Part shown: piece by piece, positions 17,931 to 30,181 of the stretch
Layout: every line of letters begins with the position of its first letter
Position numbering within the stretch: position 1 is the first letter of the stretch
Origin: Escherichia coli
GTDB lineage: Bacteria > Pseudomonadota > Gammaproteobacteria > Enterobacterales > Enterobacteriaceae
Reading direction: 5' to 3' (one strand)
Length of the DNA: 64,000 nucleotides
Assembly (NCBI RefSeq): GCF_011045215.1
Contig: NZ_CP049201.1
Notes under the pieces: generated by a model
What the model was told of the DNA's origin: nothing
Seen by the model: the letters and a program-made list of their open reading frames with translations, nothing else
The model's database searches: none
Translations under genes and position numbers: made by a program

Positions 17931-18845
17931 ATGAGCTGGATTGAACGAATTAAAAGCAACATTACTCCCACCCGCAAGGCGAGCATTCCTGAAGGGGTGT
18001 GGACTAAGTGTGATAGCTGCGGTCAGGTTTTATACCGCGCTGAGCTGGAACGTAATCTTGAGGTCTGTCCGAAGTGTGACCATCACATGCGTATGACAGC
18101 GCGTAATCGCCTGCATAGCCTGTTAGATGAAGGAAGCCTTGTGGAGCTGGGTAGCGAGCTTGAGCCGAAAGATGTGCTGAAGTTTCGTGACTCCAAGAAG
18201 TATAAAGACCGTCTGGCATCTGCGCAGAAAGAAACCGGCGAAAAAGATGCGCTGGTGGTGATGAAAGGCACTCTGTATGGAATGCCGGTTGTCGCTGCGG
18301 CATTCGAGTTCGCCTTTATGGGCGGTTCAATGGGGTCTGTTGTGGGTGCACGTTTCGTGCGTGCCGTTGAGCAGGCGCTGGAAGATAACTGCCCGCTGAT
18401 CTGCTTCTCCGCCTCTGGTGGCGCACGTATGCAGGAAGCACTGATGTCGCTGATGCAGATGGCGAAAACCTCTGCGGCACTGGCAAAAATGCAGGAGCGC
18501 GGCTTGCCGTACATCTCCGTGCTGACCGACCCGACGATGGGCGGTGTTTCTGCAAGTTTCGCCATGCTGGGCGATCTCAACATCGCTGAACCGAAAGCGT
18601 TAATCGGCTTTGCCGGTCCGCGTGTTATCGAACAGACCGTTCGCGAAAAACTGCCGCCAGGATTCCAGCGCAGTGAATTCCTGATCGAGAAAGGCGCCAT
18701 CGACATGATCGTCCGTCGTCCGGAAATGCGCCTGAAACTGGCGAGCATTCTGGCGAAGTTGATGAATCTGCCAGCGCCGAATCCTGAAGCGCCGCGTGAA
18801 GGCGTAGTGGTACCCCCGGTACCGGATCAGGAACCTGAGGCCTGA
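17931..18845 (+). CDS. accD: Acetyl-CoA carboxylase carboxyltransferase beta subunit
   Basis: Start placed at MSWIERIK (304 aa); the track ORF extends upstream to 17847. Zinc-finger CxxC...CxxC motif present. Confidence 0.95.
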
Positions 18846-18853
18846 TAACTGAT

Positions 18854-18884
18854 AAGGGCAGGGCCACTGGCTCTGCCCTTTTGC
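18854..18884 (+). terminator. Putative intrinsic terminator after accD
   Basis: aagggcag-N11-ctgccctt stem followed by a short T-run. Confidence 0.55.
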
Positions 18885-18914
18885 TATTCTCACCGTAACG
18901 AATCAGCGGATACC

Positions 18915-20183
18915 ATGATTATCAAACGCACTCCTCAAGCCGCGTCGCCTCTGGCTTCGTGGCTTTCTTATCTGGAAAACCTGCACAGTAAAACTATCGA
19001 TCTCGGCCTTGAGCGCGTGAGCCAGGTCGCGGCGCGTCTTGGCGTCCTGAAACCAGCGCCATTTGTGTTTACCGTTGCGGGTACGAATGGCAAAGGCACC
19101 ACCTGCCGTACGCTGGAGTCGATTCTGATGGCGGCAGGGTACAAAGTGGGCGTCTACAGTTCGCCTCATCTGGTGCGTTATACCGAGCGCGTACGTGTGC
19201 AGGGTCAGGAATTGCCGGAATCGGCCCACACCGCCTCTTTTGCGGAGATTGAATCGGCACGCGGTGATATTTCCCTGACCTATTTCGAGTACGGTACGCT
19301 GTCGGCGTTGTGGCTGTTCAAACAGGCACAACTTGACGTGGTGATTCTGGAAGTAGGGCTGGGCGGTCGTCTGGACGCAACCAATATTGTCGACGCCGAT
19401 GTCGCGGTAGTAACCAGTATTGCGCTGGATCATACCGACTGGCTGGGGCCAGATCGCGAAAGTATTGGTCGCGAGAAAGCAGGCATCTTTCGCAGCGAAA
19501 AACCGGCAATTGTCGGTGAGCCGGAAATGCCTTCTACCATTGCTGATGTGGCGCAGGAAAAAGGTGCACTGTTACAACGTCGGGGCGTTGAGTGGAACTA
19601 TTCCGTCACCGATCATGACTGGGCGTTTAGCGATGCTCACGGCACGCTGGAAAACCTGCCGTTGCCGCTTGTCCCGCAACCGAATGCCGCAACGGCGCTG
19701 GCGGCACTGCGTGCCAGCGGGCTGGAGGTCAGTGAAAATGCCATTCGAGACGGGATTGCCAGCGCAATTTTGCCGGGACGTTTCCAGATTGTGAGCGAGT
19801 CGCCACGCGTTATTTTTGATGTCGCGCATAATCCACATGCGGCGGAATATCTCACCGGGCGTATGAAAGCGCTACCGAAAAACGGGCGCGTGCTGGCGGT
19901 TATCGGTATGCTACATGATAAAGATATTGCCGGAACTCTGGCCTGGTTGAAAAGCGTGGTTGATGACTGGTATTGTGCGCCACTGGAAGGGCCGCGCGGT
20001 GCCACGGCAGAACAACTGCTTGAGCATTTGGGTAACGGCAAATCATTTGATAGCGTTGCGCAGGCATGGGATGCCGCAATGGCGAACGCTAAAGCGGAAG
20101 ACACCGTGCTGGTGTGTGGTTCTTTCCACACGGTCGCACATGTCATGGAAGTGATTGACGCGAGGAGAAGCGGTGGCAAGTAA
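18915..20183 (+). CDS. folC: Dihydrofolate synthase / folylpolyglutamate synthase
   Basis: 422 aa with N-terminus MIIKRTPQAASPLASWLSYLENLH. Confidence 0.95.
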   Translation: MIIKRTPQAASPLASWLSYLENLHSKTIDLGLERVSQVAARLGVLKPAPFVFTVAGTNGKGTTCRTLESILMAAGYKVGVYSSPHLVRYTERVRVQGQELPESAHTASFAEIESARGDISLTYFEYGTLSALWLFKQAQLDVVILEVGLGGRLDATNIVDADVAVVTSIALDHTDWLGPDRESIGREKAGIFRSEKPAIVGEPEMPSTIADVAQEKGALLQRRGVEWNYSVTDHDWAFSDAHGTLENLPLPLVPQPNAATALAALRASGLEVSENAIRDGIASAILPGRFQIVSESPRVIFDVAHNPHAAEYLTGRMKALPKNGRVLAVIGMLHDKDIAGTLAWLKSVVDDWYCAPLEGPRGATAEQLLEHLGNGKSFDSVAQAWDAAMANAKAEDTVLVCGSFHTVAHVMEVIDARRSGGK

Positions 20184-20835
20184 GTTTCAGAATCGGTTAG
20201 TGGGCACGATCGTGCTGGTGGCGCTGGGGGTGATTGTACTTCCAGGGCTGCTGGACGGGCAGAAAAAACATTATCAGGATGAGTTCGCGGCTATCCCGCT
20301 GGTGCCGAAAGCGGGCGATCGTGATGAACCTGATATGATGCCAGCCGCCACCCAGGCGTTGCCGACGCAGCCGCCGGAAGGCGCAGCGGAAGAGGTGCGG
20401 GCAGGTGATGCCGCAGCACCGTCGCTCGATCCGACCACTATTGCAGCCAATAACACCGAGTTTGAACCGGAACCTGCACCGGTCGTCCCACCGAAGCCGA
20501 AACCGGTGGAGCCGCCTAAGCCGAAGGTTGAAGCACCACCTGCGCCGAAGCCAGAACCGAAGCCGGTCGTGGAAGAAAAAGCTGCACCGACGGGTAAAGC
20601 CTATGTTGTGCAACTGGGTGCGCTGAAAAATGCCGATAAAGTGAATGAAATTGTCGGTAAGCTGCGCGGTGCCGGTTATCGGGTTTATACGTCGCCATCC
20701 ACGCCAGTGCAGGGTAAAATTACCCGTATTCTGGTTGGGCCGGATGCCTCGAAAGATAAGCTGAAAGGTTCGCTGGGTGAGTTGAAGCAACTTTCTGGCT
20801 TAAGTGGCGTGGTAATGGGCTATACGCCGAATTAA
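20173..20835 (+). CDS. dedD: Cell-division protein DedD (SPOR domain)
   Basis: GTG start with an AGGAG Shine-Dalgarno giving 220 aa (VASKFQNRLVG...). Pro/Lys/Glu-rich linker and C-terminal SPOR-like domain. Confidence 0.9.
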   Translation: MASKFQNRLVGTIVLVALGVIVLPGLLDGQKKHYQDEFAAIPLVPKAGDRDEPDMMPAATQALPTQPPEGAAEEVRAGDAAAPSLDPTTIAANNTEFEPEPAPVVPPKPKPVEPPKPKVEAPPAPKPEPKPVVEEKAAPTGKAYVVQLGALKNADKVNEIVGKLRGAGYRVYTSPSTPVQGKITRILVGPDASKDKLKGSLGELKQLSGLSGVVMGYTPN

Positions 20836-20844
20836 TACGGTCTT

Positions 20845-20965
20845 GCCTGATGCGACGCTGGCGCGTCTTATCAGGCCTACGCAGGGTTAGAACCGTAGGT
20901 CGGATAAGGCGTTTACGCCGCATCCGACACGCATTGTCCGATGCCGCAAAGGCATAAAAAGTCGA
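20845..20965. repeat. REP/BIME cluster between dedD and cvpA
   Basis: gcctgatgcgacgctggcgcgtcttatcaggcctac and gtaggtcggataaggcgtttacgccgcatccgacac are canonical REP palindromes. Confidence 0.85.
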
Positions 20966-21093
20966 TGGCGTTGAATATTTTTTCAGCGCCATTTTTATTG
21001 ATGCGCGGGAAGGAAATCCCTACGCAAACGTTTTCTTTTTCTGTTAGAATGCGCCCCGAACAGGATGACAGGGCGTAAAATCGTGGGACACAT

Positions 21094-21582
21094 ATGGTCT
21101 GGATTGATTACGCCATAATCGCGGTGATTGCTTTTTCCTCTCTGGTTAGCCTGATCCGCGGCTTTGTTCGTGAAGCGTTATCGCTGGTGACATGGGGTTG
21201 TGCTTTCTTTGTTGCCAGTCATTACTACACTTACCTGTCAGTCTGGTTTACGGGCTTTGAAGACGAACTGGTTCGAAATGGGATTGCCATCGCGGTACTG
21301 TTTATCGCTACCCTGATCGTTGGTGCTATCGTGAACTTCGTGATAGGCCAGCTGGTGGAGAAAACGGGGTTGTCAGGCACCGATCGGGTGCTGGGCGTCT
21401 GTTTCGGTGCGTTGCGCGGTGTGTTGATTGTTGCTGCCATTCTCTTCTTTCTCGACTCCTTTACCGGGGTGTCGAAAAGCGAAGACTGGAGCAAATCACA
21501 GCTGATCCCGCAGTTCAGTTTTATCATCAGATGGTTTTTTGATTATCTGCAAAGCTCGTCAAGTTTCTTGCCCAGAGCGTAA
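21094..21582 (+). CDS. cvpA: Colicin V production protein CvpA
   Basis: 162 aa membrane protein directly upstream of purF. Confidence 0.9.
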   Translation: MVWIDYAIIAVIAFSSLVSLIRGFVREALSLVTWGCAFFVASHYYTYLSVWFTGFEDELVRNGIAIAVLFIATLIVGAIVNFVIGQLVEKTGLSGTDRVLGVCFGALRGVLIVAAILFFLDSFTGVSKSEDWSKSQLIPQFSFIIRWFFDYLQSSSSFLPRA

Positions 21583-21618
21583 GTGCTCTGAGATGTGGCT
21601 TAACGAGGAAAAAGACGT

Positions 21619-23136
21619 ATGTGCGGTATTGTCGGTATCGCCGGTGTTATGCCGGTTAACCAGTCGATTTATGATGCCTTAACGGTGCTTCAGCATCGCG
21701 GTCAGGATGCCGCCGGCATCATCACCATAGATGCCAATAACTGCTTCCGTTTGCGTAAAGCGAACGGGCTGGTGAGCGATGTATTTGAAGCTCGCCATAT
21801 GCAGCGTTTGCAGGGCAATATGGGCATTGGTCATGTGCGTTACCCCACGGCTGGCAGCTCCAGCGCCTCTGAAGCGCAGCCGTTTTACGTTAACTCCCCG
21901 TATGGCATTACGCTTGCCCACAACGGCAATCTGACCAACGCTCACGAGTTGCGTAAAAAACTGTTTGAAGAAAAACGCCGCCACATCAACACCACTTCCG
22001 ACTCGGAAATTCTGCTTAATATCTTCGCCAGCGAGCTGGACAACTTCCGCCACTACCCGCTGGAAGCCGACAACATTTTCGCCGCCATCGCTGCTACAAA
22101 CCGCTTAATCCGCGGCGCGTATGCCTGTGTGGCGATGATTATCGGCCACGGTATGGTTGCTTTCCGCGATCCAAACGGTATTCGTCCGCTGGTTCTGGGA
22201 AAACGTGATATTGACGAGAACCGCACAGAATATATGGTCGCTTCCGAAAGCGTAGCGCTCGATACGCTGGGCTTTGATTTCCTGCGTGATGTCGCGCCGG
22301 GCGAAGCGATTTACATCACTGAAGAAGGGCAGTTGTTTACCCGTCAATGTGCTGACAATCCGGTCAGCAATCCGTGCCTGTTTGAGTATGTATACTTTGC
22401 CCGCCCGGACTCGTTCATCGACAAAATTTCCGTTTACAGCGCGCGTGTGAATATGGGCACGAAACTGGGCGAGAAAATTGCCCGCGAATGGGAAGATCTG
22501 GATATCGACGTGGTGATCCCGATCCCGGAAACCTCGTGTGATATCGCGCTGGAAATTGCTCGTATTCTGGGCAAGCCGTACCGCCAGGGCTTCGTTAAAA
22601 ACCGCTATGTTGGCCGCACCTTCATCATGCCGGGCCAGCAGCTGCGTCGTAAGTCCGTGCGCCGTAAACTGAACGCCAACCGCGCCGAGTTCCGCGATAA
22701 AAACGTCCTGCTGGTCGACGATTCCATCGTCCGTGGCACCACTTCTGAGCAGATTATCGAGATGGCACGCGAAGCCGGAGCGAAGAAAGTGTACCTCGCT
22801 TCTGCGGCACCGGAAATTCGCTTCCCGAACGTTTATGGTATTGATATGCCGAGCGCCACGGAGCTTATCGCTCACGGTCGCGAAGTTGATGAAATTCGCC
22901 AGATCATCGGTGCTGACGGGTTGATTTTCCAGGATCTGAACGATCTGATCGACGCCGTTCGCGCTGAAAATCCGGATATCCAGCAGTTTGAATGCTCGGT
23001 GTTCAACGGCGTCTACGTCACCAAAGATGTTGATCAGGGCTACCTCGATTTCCTCGATACTTTACGTAATGACGACGCCAAAGCAGTGCAACGTCAGAAC
23101 GAAGTGGAAAATCTCGAAATGCATAACGAAGGATGA
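21619..23136 (+). CDS. purF: Amidophosphoribosyltransferase
   Basis: 505 aa with N-terminus MCGIVGIAG (N-terminal Cys nucleophile). Confidence 0.95.
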
Positions 23137-23230
23137 TGCCTTCGCTGAGGGTGCCGGTCTGGCACCCTGACTTGCAACTCCCGCCGAAATCCTGCAAAGT
23201 CTGCCTGCAAGTCTGACAGGGCAACTATTT

Positions 23231-23800
23231 ATGAAACGACTCATTGTAGGCATCAGCGGTGCCAGCGGCGCGATTTATGGCGTGCGCTTATTACAGGTTC
23301 TGCGCGATGTCACAGATATCGAAACGCATCTGGTGATGAGCCAGGCAGCGCGCCAGACCTTATCCCTCGAAACGGATTTTTCTCTGCGCGAAGTGCAGGC
23401 ATTAGCCGATGTCACGCACGATGCGCGCGATATTGCCGCCAGCATCTCTTCCGGTTCTTTCCAGACGCTGGGGATGGTGATTTTACCCTGTTCAATCAAA
23501 ACCCTTTCCGGCATTGTCCATAGCTATACTGATGGCTTACTGACCCGTGCGGCAGATGTGGTGCTGAAAGAGCGTCGCCCGTTGGTGCTCTGCGTGCGTG
23601 AAACACCATTGCACTTAGGCCATCTGCGTTTAATGACTCAGGCGGCAGAAATCGGTGCGGTGATTATGCCTCCCGTTCCGGCGTTTTATCATCGCCCGCA
23701 ATCCCTTGATGATGTGATAAATCAGACGGTTAATCGTGTTCTTGACCAGTTTGCAATAACCCTTCCTGAAGATCTCTTTGCCCGCTGGCAGGGCGCATAA
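23231..23800 (+). CDS. ubiX: Flavin prenyltransferase UbiX
   Basis: 189 aa with N-terminus MKRLIVGISGASGAIYGVRLL. Confidence 0.95.
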   Translation: MKRLIVGISGASGAIYGVRLLQVLRDVTDIETHLVMSQAARQTLSLETDFSLREVQALADVTHDARDIAASISSGSFQTLGMVILPCSIKTLSGIVHSYTDGLLTRAADVVLKERRPLVLCVRETPLHLGHLRLMTQAAEIGAVIMPPVPAFYHRPQSLDDVINQTVNRVLDQFAITLPEDLFARWQGA

Positions 23801-23981
23801 CTCCGCTGTTGCCCTGTTTCAGGGCAATTTTGCAACCGCGATCAAATCCTCGACATTTTGTTTCTGCCATTCAATCGAAACGCTGCGATTCAACCGCTAT
23901 ACCTGTTATCTTCAACTTCAGGACAATAATGCAACGTCTTATTAACATATTTAACGTTGAATGTTACTGTTGTCGTCAAGA

Positions 23982-23997
23982 TGGCATAAGACCTGCA
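23982..23997 (+). promoter_or_regulatory. Candidate sigma54 (-24/-12) promoter upstream of argT
   Basis: TGGCAT-N6-TGCAT has the GG and GC dinucleotides at the canonical spacing, ~70 bp upstream of the argT ATG. Confidence 0.5.
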
Positions 23998-24065
23998 TGA
24001 AAGAGCCTGCAAACACACAACACAATACACAACATAAAAAAGCCATTTTCACTTGAGGGTTATGT

Positions 24066-24848
24066 ATGAAGAAGTCGATTCTCGCTCTGTCTTTGTTAGT
24101 CGGTCTCTCCGCAGCGGCTTCCAGCTATGCGGCGCTACCGGAGACGGTACGTATCGGAACCGATACCACCTATGCGCCGTTCTCGTCGAAAGATGCTAAA
24201 GGTGATTTTGTTGGCTTTGATATCGATCTCGGTAACGAGATGTGCAAACGGATGCAGGTGAAATGTACCTGGGTTGCCAGTGACTTTGACGCGCTGATCC
24301 CCTCACTGAAAGCGAAAAAAATCGACGCCATTATTTCGTCGCTCTCCATTACCGATAAACGTCAGCAGGAGATTGCTTTCTCCGACAAGTTGTACGCCGC
24401 AGATTCTCGTTTGATTGCCGCCAAAGGTTCGCCGATTCAGCCAACGCTGGATTCACTGAAAGGTAAACATGTTGGTGTGCTGCAGGGATCAACCCAGGAA
24501 GCTTACGCTAACGAGACCTGGCGTAGCAAAGGTGTGGATGTGGTGGCCTATGCCAACCAGGATTTGGTCTATTCCGATCTGGCTGCAGGACGTCTGGATG
24601 CGGCATTACAGGATGAAGTCGCCGCCAGCGAAGGATTCCTCAAGCAACCTGCTGGTAAAGACTTCGCCTTTGCTGGCTCATCAGTGAAAGACAAAAAATA
24701 CTTCGGTGATGGCACCGGTGTAGGGCTACGTAAAGATGATACTGAACTGACGGCTGCGTTTAATAAGGCGCTTGGAGAGCTGCGTCAGGACGGCACTTAC
24801 GACAAGATGGCGAAAAAGTATTTTGACTTTAATGTCTACGGTGACTGA
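24066..24848 (+). CDS. argT: Lysine/arginine/ornithine-binding periplasmic protein
   Basis: 260 aa with a signal peptide; paralogue of the adjacent hisJ. Confidence 0.95.
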   Translation: MKKSILALSLLVGLSAAASSYAALPETVRIGTDTTYAPFSSKDAKGDFVGFDIDLGNEMCKRMQVKCTWVASDFDALIPSLKAKKIDAIISSLSITDKRQQEIAFSDKLYAADSRLIAAKGSPIQPTLDSLKGKHVGVLQGSTQEAYANETWRSKGVDVVAYANQDLVYSDLAAGRLDAALQDEVAASEGFLKQPAGKDFAFAGSSVKDKKYFGDGTGVGLRKDDTELTAAFNKALGELRQDGTYDKMAKKYFDFNVYGD

Positions 24849-25068
24849 TACGTCGCAGGGAAGCTGTGCCTGATGGAATGATCATCATGGTGCACGCCAG
24901 GTTTGTTGCACTATCGTGGTGCATTGAAATGCATACTTAAGCATTTTTAATGAAAAATAATACGCCTAACGGGGCGGGATATTTTGCCTTGATGGTCAAT
25001 TTTATGGCACGATAAGTGTAACAAACCTGTAAATATTCCCTATAAAAAGACTGTCAGTTGAGGACATT

Positions 25069-25851
25069 ATGAAAAAACTGGTGCTATCGCTCTCTCTGGT
25101 TCTGGCCTTCTCCAGCGCAACTGCGGCATTTGCTGCGATTCCGCAAAACATCCGCATCGGTACCGACCCGACCTATGCGCCATTTGAATCAAAAAATTCA
25201 CAAGGCGAACTGGTTGGCTTCGATATCGATCTGGCAAAGGAATTATGCAAACGCATCAATACGCAATGTACGTTTGTCGAAAATCCGCTGGATGCGTTAA
25301 TCCCGTCCTTAAAAGCGAAGAAGATTGACGCCATCATGTCATCGCTTTCCATTACGGAAAAACGTCAGCAAGAAATAGCCTTCACCGACAAACTGTACGC
25401 TGCCGATTCTCGTCTGGTGGTGGCGAAAAATTCCGACATTCAGCCGACAGTCGAGTCGCTGAAAGGCAAACGGGTAGGCGTATTGCAGGGCACCACTCAG
25501 GAGACGTTCGGTAATGAACATTGGGCACCAAAAGGCATTGAAATCGTCTCGTATCAGGGGCAGGACAACATTTATTCTGACCTGACTGCCGGACGTATTG
25601 ATGCCGCGTTCCAGGATGAGGTCGCTGCCAGCGAAGGTTTCCTCAAACAACCTGTCGGTAAAGATTACAAATTCGGTGGCCCGTCTGTTAAAGATGAAAA
25701 ACTGTTTGGCGTAGGGACCGGCATGGGCCTGCGTAAAGAAGATAACGAACTGCGCGAGGCACTGAACAAAGCCTTTGCCGAAATGCGCGCTGACGGTACT
25801 TACGAGAAATTAGCGAAAAAGTACTTCGATTTTGATGTTTATGGTGGTTAA
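25069..25851 (+). CDS. hisJ: Histidine-binding periplasmic protein
   Basis: 260 aa with a signal peptide; first gene of hisJQMP. Confidence 0.95.
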   Translation: MKKLVLSLSLVLAFSSATAAFAAIPQNIRIGTDPTYAPFESKNSQGELVGFDIDLAKELCKRINTQCTFVENPLDALIPSLKAKKIDAIMSSLSITEKRQQEIAFTDKLYAADSRLVVAKNSDIQPTVESLKGKRVGVLQGTTQETFGNEHWAPKGIEIVSYQGQDNIYSDLTAGRIDAAFQDEVAASEGFLKQPVGKDYKFGGPSVKDEKLFGVGTGMGLRKEDNELREALNKAFAEMRADGTYEKLAKKYFDFDVYGG

Positions 25852-25940
25852 TCGCCATCGGTGAAAGAAAGCCCGCTCCCTTCGGGTAACCGGAGGGAGA
25901 CAAGAGGCGGTAATTCACCACACACGACAGGACAGGCAGC

Positions 25941-26627
25941 ATGTTGTATGGGTTTTCAGGTGTTATTTTACAGGGTGCGCTCGTCACGCTGGAGCTGGCT
26001 ATCAGCTCTGTAGTGCTCGCTGTAATCATCGGTTTAATTGGCGCTGGCGGTAAGCTCTCGCAAAATCGGCTTTCGGGGCTGATTTTCGAAGGGTACACCA
26101 CGCTGATTCGTGGCGTGCCGGACTTAGTGTTGATGCTGCTGATTTTCTACGGTTTGCAGATTGCACTAAACACGGTGACGGAGGCGATGGGCGTCGGGCA
26201 GATTGATATCGATCCGATGGTCGCTGGTATTATCACTCTCGGTTTTATCTACGGTGCTTATTTTACCGAAACGTTCCGTGGTGCTTTTATGGCAGTGCCG
26301 AAAGGACATATAGAGGCGGCGACGGCGTTCGGTTTTACTCGTGGGCAAGTGTTTCGGCGGATCATGTTTCCGGCGATGATGCGTTACGCCCTGCCAGGCA
26401 TTGGCAACAACTGGCAGGTGATCCTCAAATCTACCGCACTGGTTTCGTTACTCGGCCTGGAAGATGTGGTCAAAGCCACGCAGCTGGCAGGCAAAAGTAC
26501 CTGGGAGCCGTTCTATTTCGCCATAGTCTGTGGCGTGATTTACCTGGTTTTCACCACCGTTTCCAATGGTGTGCTGCTGTTCCTTGAGCGCCGCTACTCC
26601 GTGGGTGTGAAGAGGGCTGACCTGTGA
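25941..26627 (+). CDS. hisQ: Histidine ABC transporter permease
   Basis: 228 aa membrane protein. Confidence 0.95.
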   Translation: MLYGFSGVILQGALVTLELAISSVVLAVIIGLIGAGGKLSQNRLSGLIFEGYTTLIRGVPDLVLMLLIFYGLQIALNTVTEAMGVGQIDIDPMVAGIITLGFIYGAYFTETFRGAFMAVPKGHIEAATAFGFTRGQVFRRIMFPAMMRYALPGIGNNWQVILKSTALVSLLGLEDVVKATQLAGKSTWEPFYFAIVCGVIYLVFTTVSNGVLLFLERRYSVGVKRADL

Positions 26628-27340
26628 TCGAAATCTTACATGAATACTGGAAACCGCTGCTGTGGACCGACGGTTATCGCTTTACCGGTGTGGCGATCAC
26701 TCTGTGGCTGCTTATTTTGTCGGTAGTGATAGGCGGAGTCCTGGCGCTGTTTCTGGCGATTGGTCGTGTCTCCAGTAATAAATACATCCAGTTTCCAATC
26801 TGGTTATTTACCTATATTTTTCGCGGTACGCCGCTGTATGTTCAGTTGCTGGTGTTCTATTCCGGCATGTATACGCTGGAAATTGTTAAGGGGACCGAGT
26901 TTCTTAACGCCTTTTTCCGTAGTGGCCTGAACTGTACCGTGCTGGCGCTGACGCTTAACACCTGCGCTTACACTACCGAGATTTTTGCTGGGGCAATCCG
27001 TTCGGTTCCGCATGGGGAAATTGAAGCCGCCAGAGCCTATGGCTTCTCGACTTTTAAAATGTATCGCTGCATTATTTTGCCTTCTGCGCTGCGTATTGCG
27101 TTACCGGCATACAGCAACGAAGTGATCCTGATGCTGCACTCTACTGCGTTGGCATTTACTGCCACGGTGCCGGATCTGCTGAAAATAGCCCGCGATATTA
27201 ACGCCGCCACGTATCAACCTTTTACCGCCTTCGGCATTGCCGCGGTGCTCTATTTAATCATCTCTTATGTCCTGATCAGCCTCTTTCGCAGAGCGGAAAA
27301 ACGCTGGTTGCAGCATGTGAAACCTTCTTCAACGCACTGA
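26624..27340 (+). CDS. hisM: Histidine ABC transporter permease
   Basis: 238 aa; GTG start overlapping the hisQ stop. Confidence 0.95.
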   Translation: MIEILHEYWKPLLWTDGYRFTGVAITLWLLILSVVIGGVLALFLAIGRVSSNKYIQFPIWLFTYIFRGTPLYVQLLVFYSGMYTLEIVKGTEFLNAFFRSGLNCTVLALTLNTCAYTTEIFAGAIRSVPHGEIEAARAYGFSTFKMYRCIILPSALRIALPAYSNEVILMLHSTALAFTATVPDLLKIARDINAATYQPFTAFGIAAVLYLIISYVLISLFRRAEKRWLQHVKPSSTH

Positions 27341-27347
27341 GAATACG

Positions 27348-28121
27348 ATGTCCGAGAATAAATTAAACGTTATCGATTTGCACAAACGCTATGGCGAACA
27401 CGAAGTGCTGAAAGGGGTGTCACTGCAAGCGAATGCCGGAGATGTAATAAGCATCATCGGATCGTCGGGATCGGGGAAAAGTACCTTTCTGCGCTGCATT
27501 AACTTCCTCGAAAAACCGAGTGAAGGGGCGATCGTGGTCAATGGCCAGACGATCAATCTGGTGCGCGACAAAGACGGTCAACTCAAAGTCGCCGATAAAA
27601 ATCAACTGCGCTTACTGCGCACACGCCTGACGATGGTATTCCAGCACTTCAATCTCTGGAGCCATATGACGGTGCTGGAAAACGTCATGGAAGCGCCGAT
27701 TCAGGTGTTGGGCCTGAGCAAGCAGGAAGCGCGCGAGCGGGCGGTGAAGTATCTGGCAAAAGTCGGGATAGACGAACGTGCACAGGGGAAATATCCGGTG
27801 CATCTTTCCGGCGGTCAGCAACAGCGTGTTTCTATCGCGCGGGCGCTGGCGATGGAACCGGAAGTTTTACTGTTTGATGAACCTACCTCGGCGCTCGATC
27901 CTGAACTGGTAGGCGAAGTGTTGCGCATTATGCAGCAACTGGCAGAAGAGGGGAAAACCATGGTGGTAGTGACTCACGAAATGGGCTTTGCTCGTCATGT
28001 TTCTACTCACGTCATTTTCCTCCATCAGGGGAAAATAGAGGAAGAAGGCGCGCCGGAGCAGTTATTTGGCAACCCGCAAAGCCCTCGTCTGCAACAGTTC
28101 CTTAAAGGTTCGCTGAAATAA
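27348..28121 (+). CDS. hisP: Histidine ABC transporter ATP-binding protein
   Basis: 257 aa with a Walker A motif GSSGSGKST and signature LSGGQQQR. Confidence 0.95.
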   Translation: MSENKLNVIDLHKRYGEHEVLKGVSLQANAGDVISIIGSSGSGKSTFLRCINFLEKPSEGAIVVNGQTINLVRDKDGQLKVADKNQLRLLRTRLTMVFQHFNLWSHMTVLENVMEAPIQVLGLSKQEARERAVKYLAKVGIDERAQGKYPVHLSGGQQQRVSIARALAMEPEVLLFDEPTSALDPELVGEVLRIMQQLAEEGKTMVVVTHEMGFARHVSTHVIFLHQGKIEEEGAPEQLFGNPQSPRLQQFLKGSLK

Positions 28122-28317
28122 TTGCCTCTCCGGTGGCTAACGCTGCCGGAGTATTTTCAAGGGGAATTTGCGAGTCAGCTTCCGCTGAAATGTAAAAGTT
28201 GCAGTCCGCTAAAAATACTTCTGAATTCGCTGTCCAAAGATAAAAACTGCCTGCTGCATTGGGTGTTAATCGTGGTTATTGTCGCGTCATCTTAAATTTG
28301 AGGGGTGACGGAACGCC

Positions 28318-29220
28318 ATGACAATATCGACAACTTCCACGCCGCATGATGCGGTATTTAAATCTTTTTTACGCCATCCAGACACCGCGCGGGATTTTAT
28401 TGATATTCATCTTCCTGCGCCGCTGCGCAAACTGTGTGATTTAACGACGCTTAAACTGGAACCAAACAGTTTTATTGATGAAGACCTGCGGCAATATTAT
28501 TCCGACCTCTTGTGGTCTGTGAAAACGCAGGAGGGAGTGGGTTATATTTATGTAGTGATAGAGCACCAAAGTAAGCCGGAAGAATTAATGGCTTTTCGCA
28601 TGATGCGTTATTCCATTGCGGCAATGCAAAACCATCTTGATGCGGGCTATAAAGAGCTTCCATTGGTGATCCCGATGCTGTTTTATCATGGTTGCAGAAG
28701 TCCTTATCCTTATTCACTCTGCTGGCTTGATGAATTTGCCGAGCCTGCGATTGCCCGTAAAATATATTCATCGGCTTTTCCGTTGGTGGATATTACCGTG
28801 GTGCCGGATGACGAGATTATGCAACATCGCAAAATGGCGCTGTTGGAGTTAATTCAGAAACATATTCGTCAGCGCGATCTGTTGGGATTAGTCGACCAAA
28901 TTGTTTCGCTGCTAGTTACAGGGAACACTAATGACAGACAGCTAAAAGCCCTGTTTAATTATGTATTACAAACGGGAGATGCCCAGCGTTTCCGTGCATT
29001 TATTGGTGAGATAGCAGAACGCGCACCACAGGAAAAGGAGAAACTGATGACCATTGCTGACAGATTACGTGAAGAAGGGCGGAATGATGGATTAATTCTT
29101 GGCAAACGCGAAGAAGCCCTGCGTATTGCTCAGGAGATGCTGGATAGAGGTTTAGACCGAGAGTTAGTTATGATGGTGACCCGACTTTCACCAGACGATC
29201 TTATCGCGCAAAGCCACTAA
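28318..29220 (+). CDS. rpnB: Rpn-family recombination-promoting nuclease / putative transposase YfcI
   Basis: 300 aa starting [18 protein letters not shown], in the conserved position after hisP. Confidence 0.85.
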   Translation: MTISTTSTPHDAVFKSFLRHPDTARDFIDIHLPAPLRKLCDLTTLKLEPNSFIDEDLRQYYSDLLWSVKTQEGVGYIYVVIEHQSKPEELMAFRMMRYSIAAMQNHLDAGYKELPLVIPMLFYHGCRSPYPYSLCWLDEFAEPAIARKIYSSAFPLVDITVVPDDEIMQHRKMALLELIQKHIRQRDLLGLVDQIVSLLVTGNTNDRQLKALFNYVLQTGDAQRFRAFIGEIAERAPQEKEKLMTIADRLREEGRNDGLILGKREEALRIAQEMLDRGLDRELVMMVTRLSPDDLIAQSH

Positions 29221-29267
29221 CCCTGTAACACCGGGAGTTAACTGGCGGATGTTTGCAGTAAACCACA

Positions 29268-30161
29268 TCAGCGAACGACATCCGCCAGCGCCTCTTCTAA
29301 ATCGTACCAACGAAACGCAAAACCCGCTTCTTCCAGCCGTTTAGGCAGCGCGCGTTGTCCACCTAATACCAGTACTGAAGATTCGCCCATTAACAGCCGA
29401 ATGGCGGTTGCGGGGACGCGCAAAATAGCCGGGCGATGCAGCGCATGACCGAGCGCATGGGCAAATTGTTCATGGCGTATCGGGTAGGGCGAAACCATAT
29501 TAAATGGCCCGCGCAGCTCGTTATCCAGCAGCCAGAGAATGCCGTTGACCATATCATCGATATGAATCCAGGCCAGATACTGCCGACCGGAACCAATCGG
29601 CCCGCCCAGGCCAAGACGAAACGGCGGCAGCATTTTACCGAGAATACCGCCATCCGGTGCCAGCACTACGCCGGTACGCAGCAGGCACACTCGCGTTTTG
29701 TCACTTTGCGCCCGGCAGGCAATTTCTTCCCAGCGGGCGCAGAGTTTATGGGTAAATTCGTTATGCGGCGGTTCCTCTTCGGTAACCACCACTTCACCTA
29801 AGTCGCCATAATAGCCCGTTGCCGAGCCGGAAATGAGTACCGACGGTGGCGTGTCGCTGGCATTAATCAAATCGACCAGTTTTTGCGTGATATTCCAGCG
29901 GCTTTGGCAGAGACGCTCTTTTTGCTCGTGAGTCCAGCGTTTATCAGCAATCGGTTCTCCGGCGAGGTTGATTACCGCATCAACGCCGTTGAGGTTGCTT
30001 TGATCGGCAAGCCCTTGCCATAGCGTCACCTGCGGCCCGAGCACGGAACTGGCTTTCTGCGGGTTACGCGTCACTACCGTGATTTTATGGCCCAGATCCA
30101 GCAAACGCGGAATCAAATGGCGACCAATTAATCCCGTCCCTCCGGTGATCACTATGTTCAT
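29268..30161 (-). CDS. yfcH: Epimerase-family NAD-binding protein YfcH
   Basis: 297 aa with N-terminal Rossmann motif ITGGTGLIG. Confidence 0.9.
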   Translation of the reverse strand: MNIVITGGTGLIGRHLIPRLLDLGHKITVVTRNPQKASSVLGPQVTLWQGLADQSNLNGVDAVINLAGEPIADKRWTHEQKERLCQSRWNITQKLVDLINASDTPPSVLISGSATGYYGDLGEVVVTEEEPPHNEFTHKLCARWEEIACRAQSDKTRVCLLRTGVVLAPDGGILGKMLPPFRLGLGGPIGSGRQYLAWIHIDDMVNGILWLLDNELRGPFNMVSPYPIRHEQFAHALGHALHRPAILRVPATAIRLLMGESSVLVLGGQRALPKRLEEAGFAFRWYDLEEALADVVR

Positions 30162-30181
30162 GCAGCCTCCCGATATGGCGG

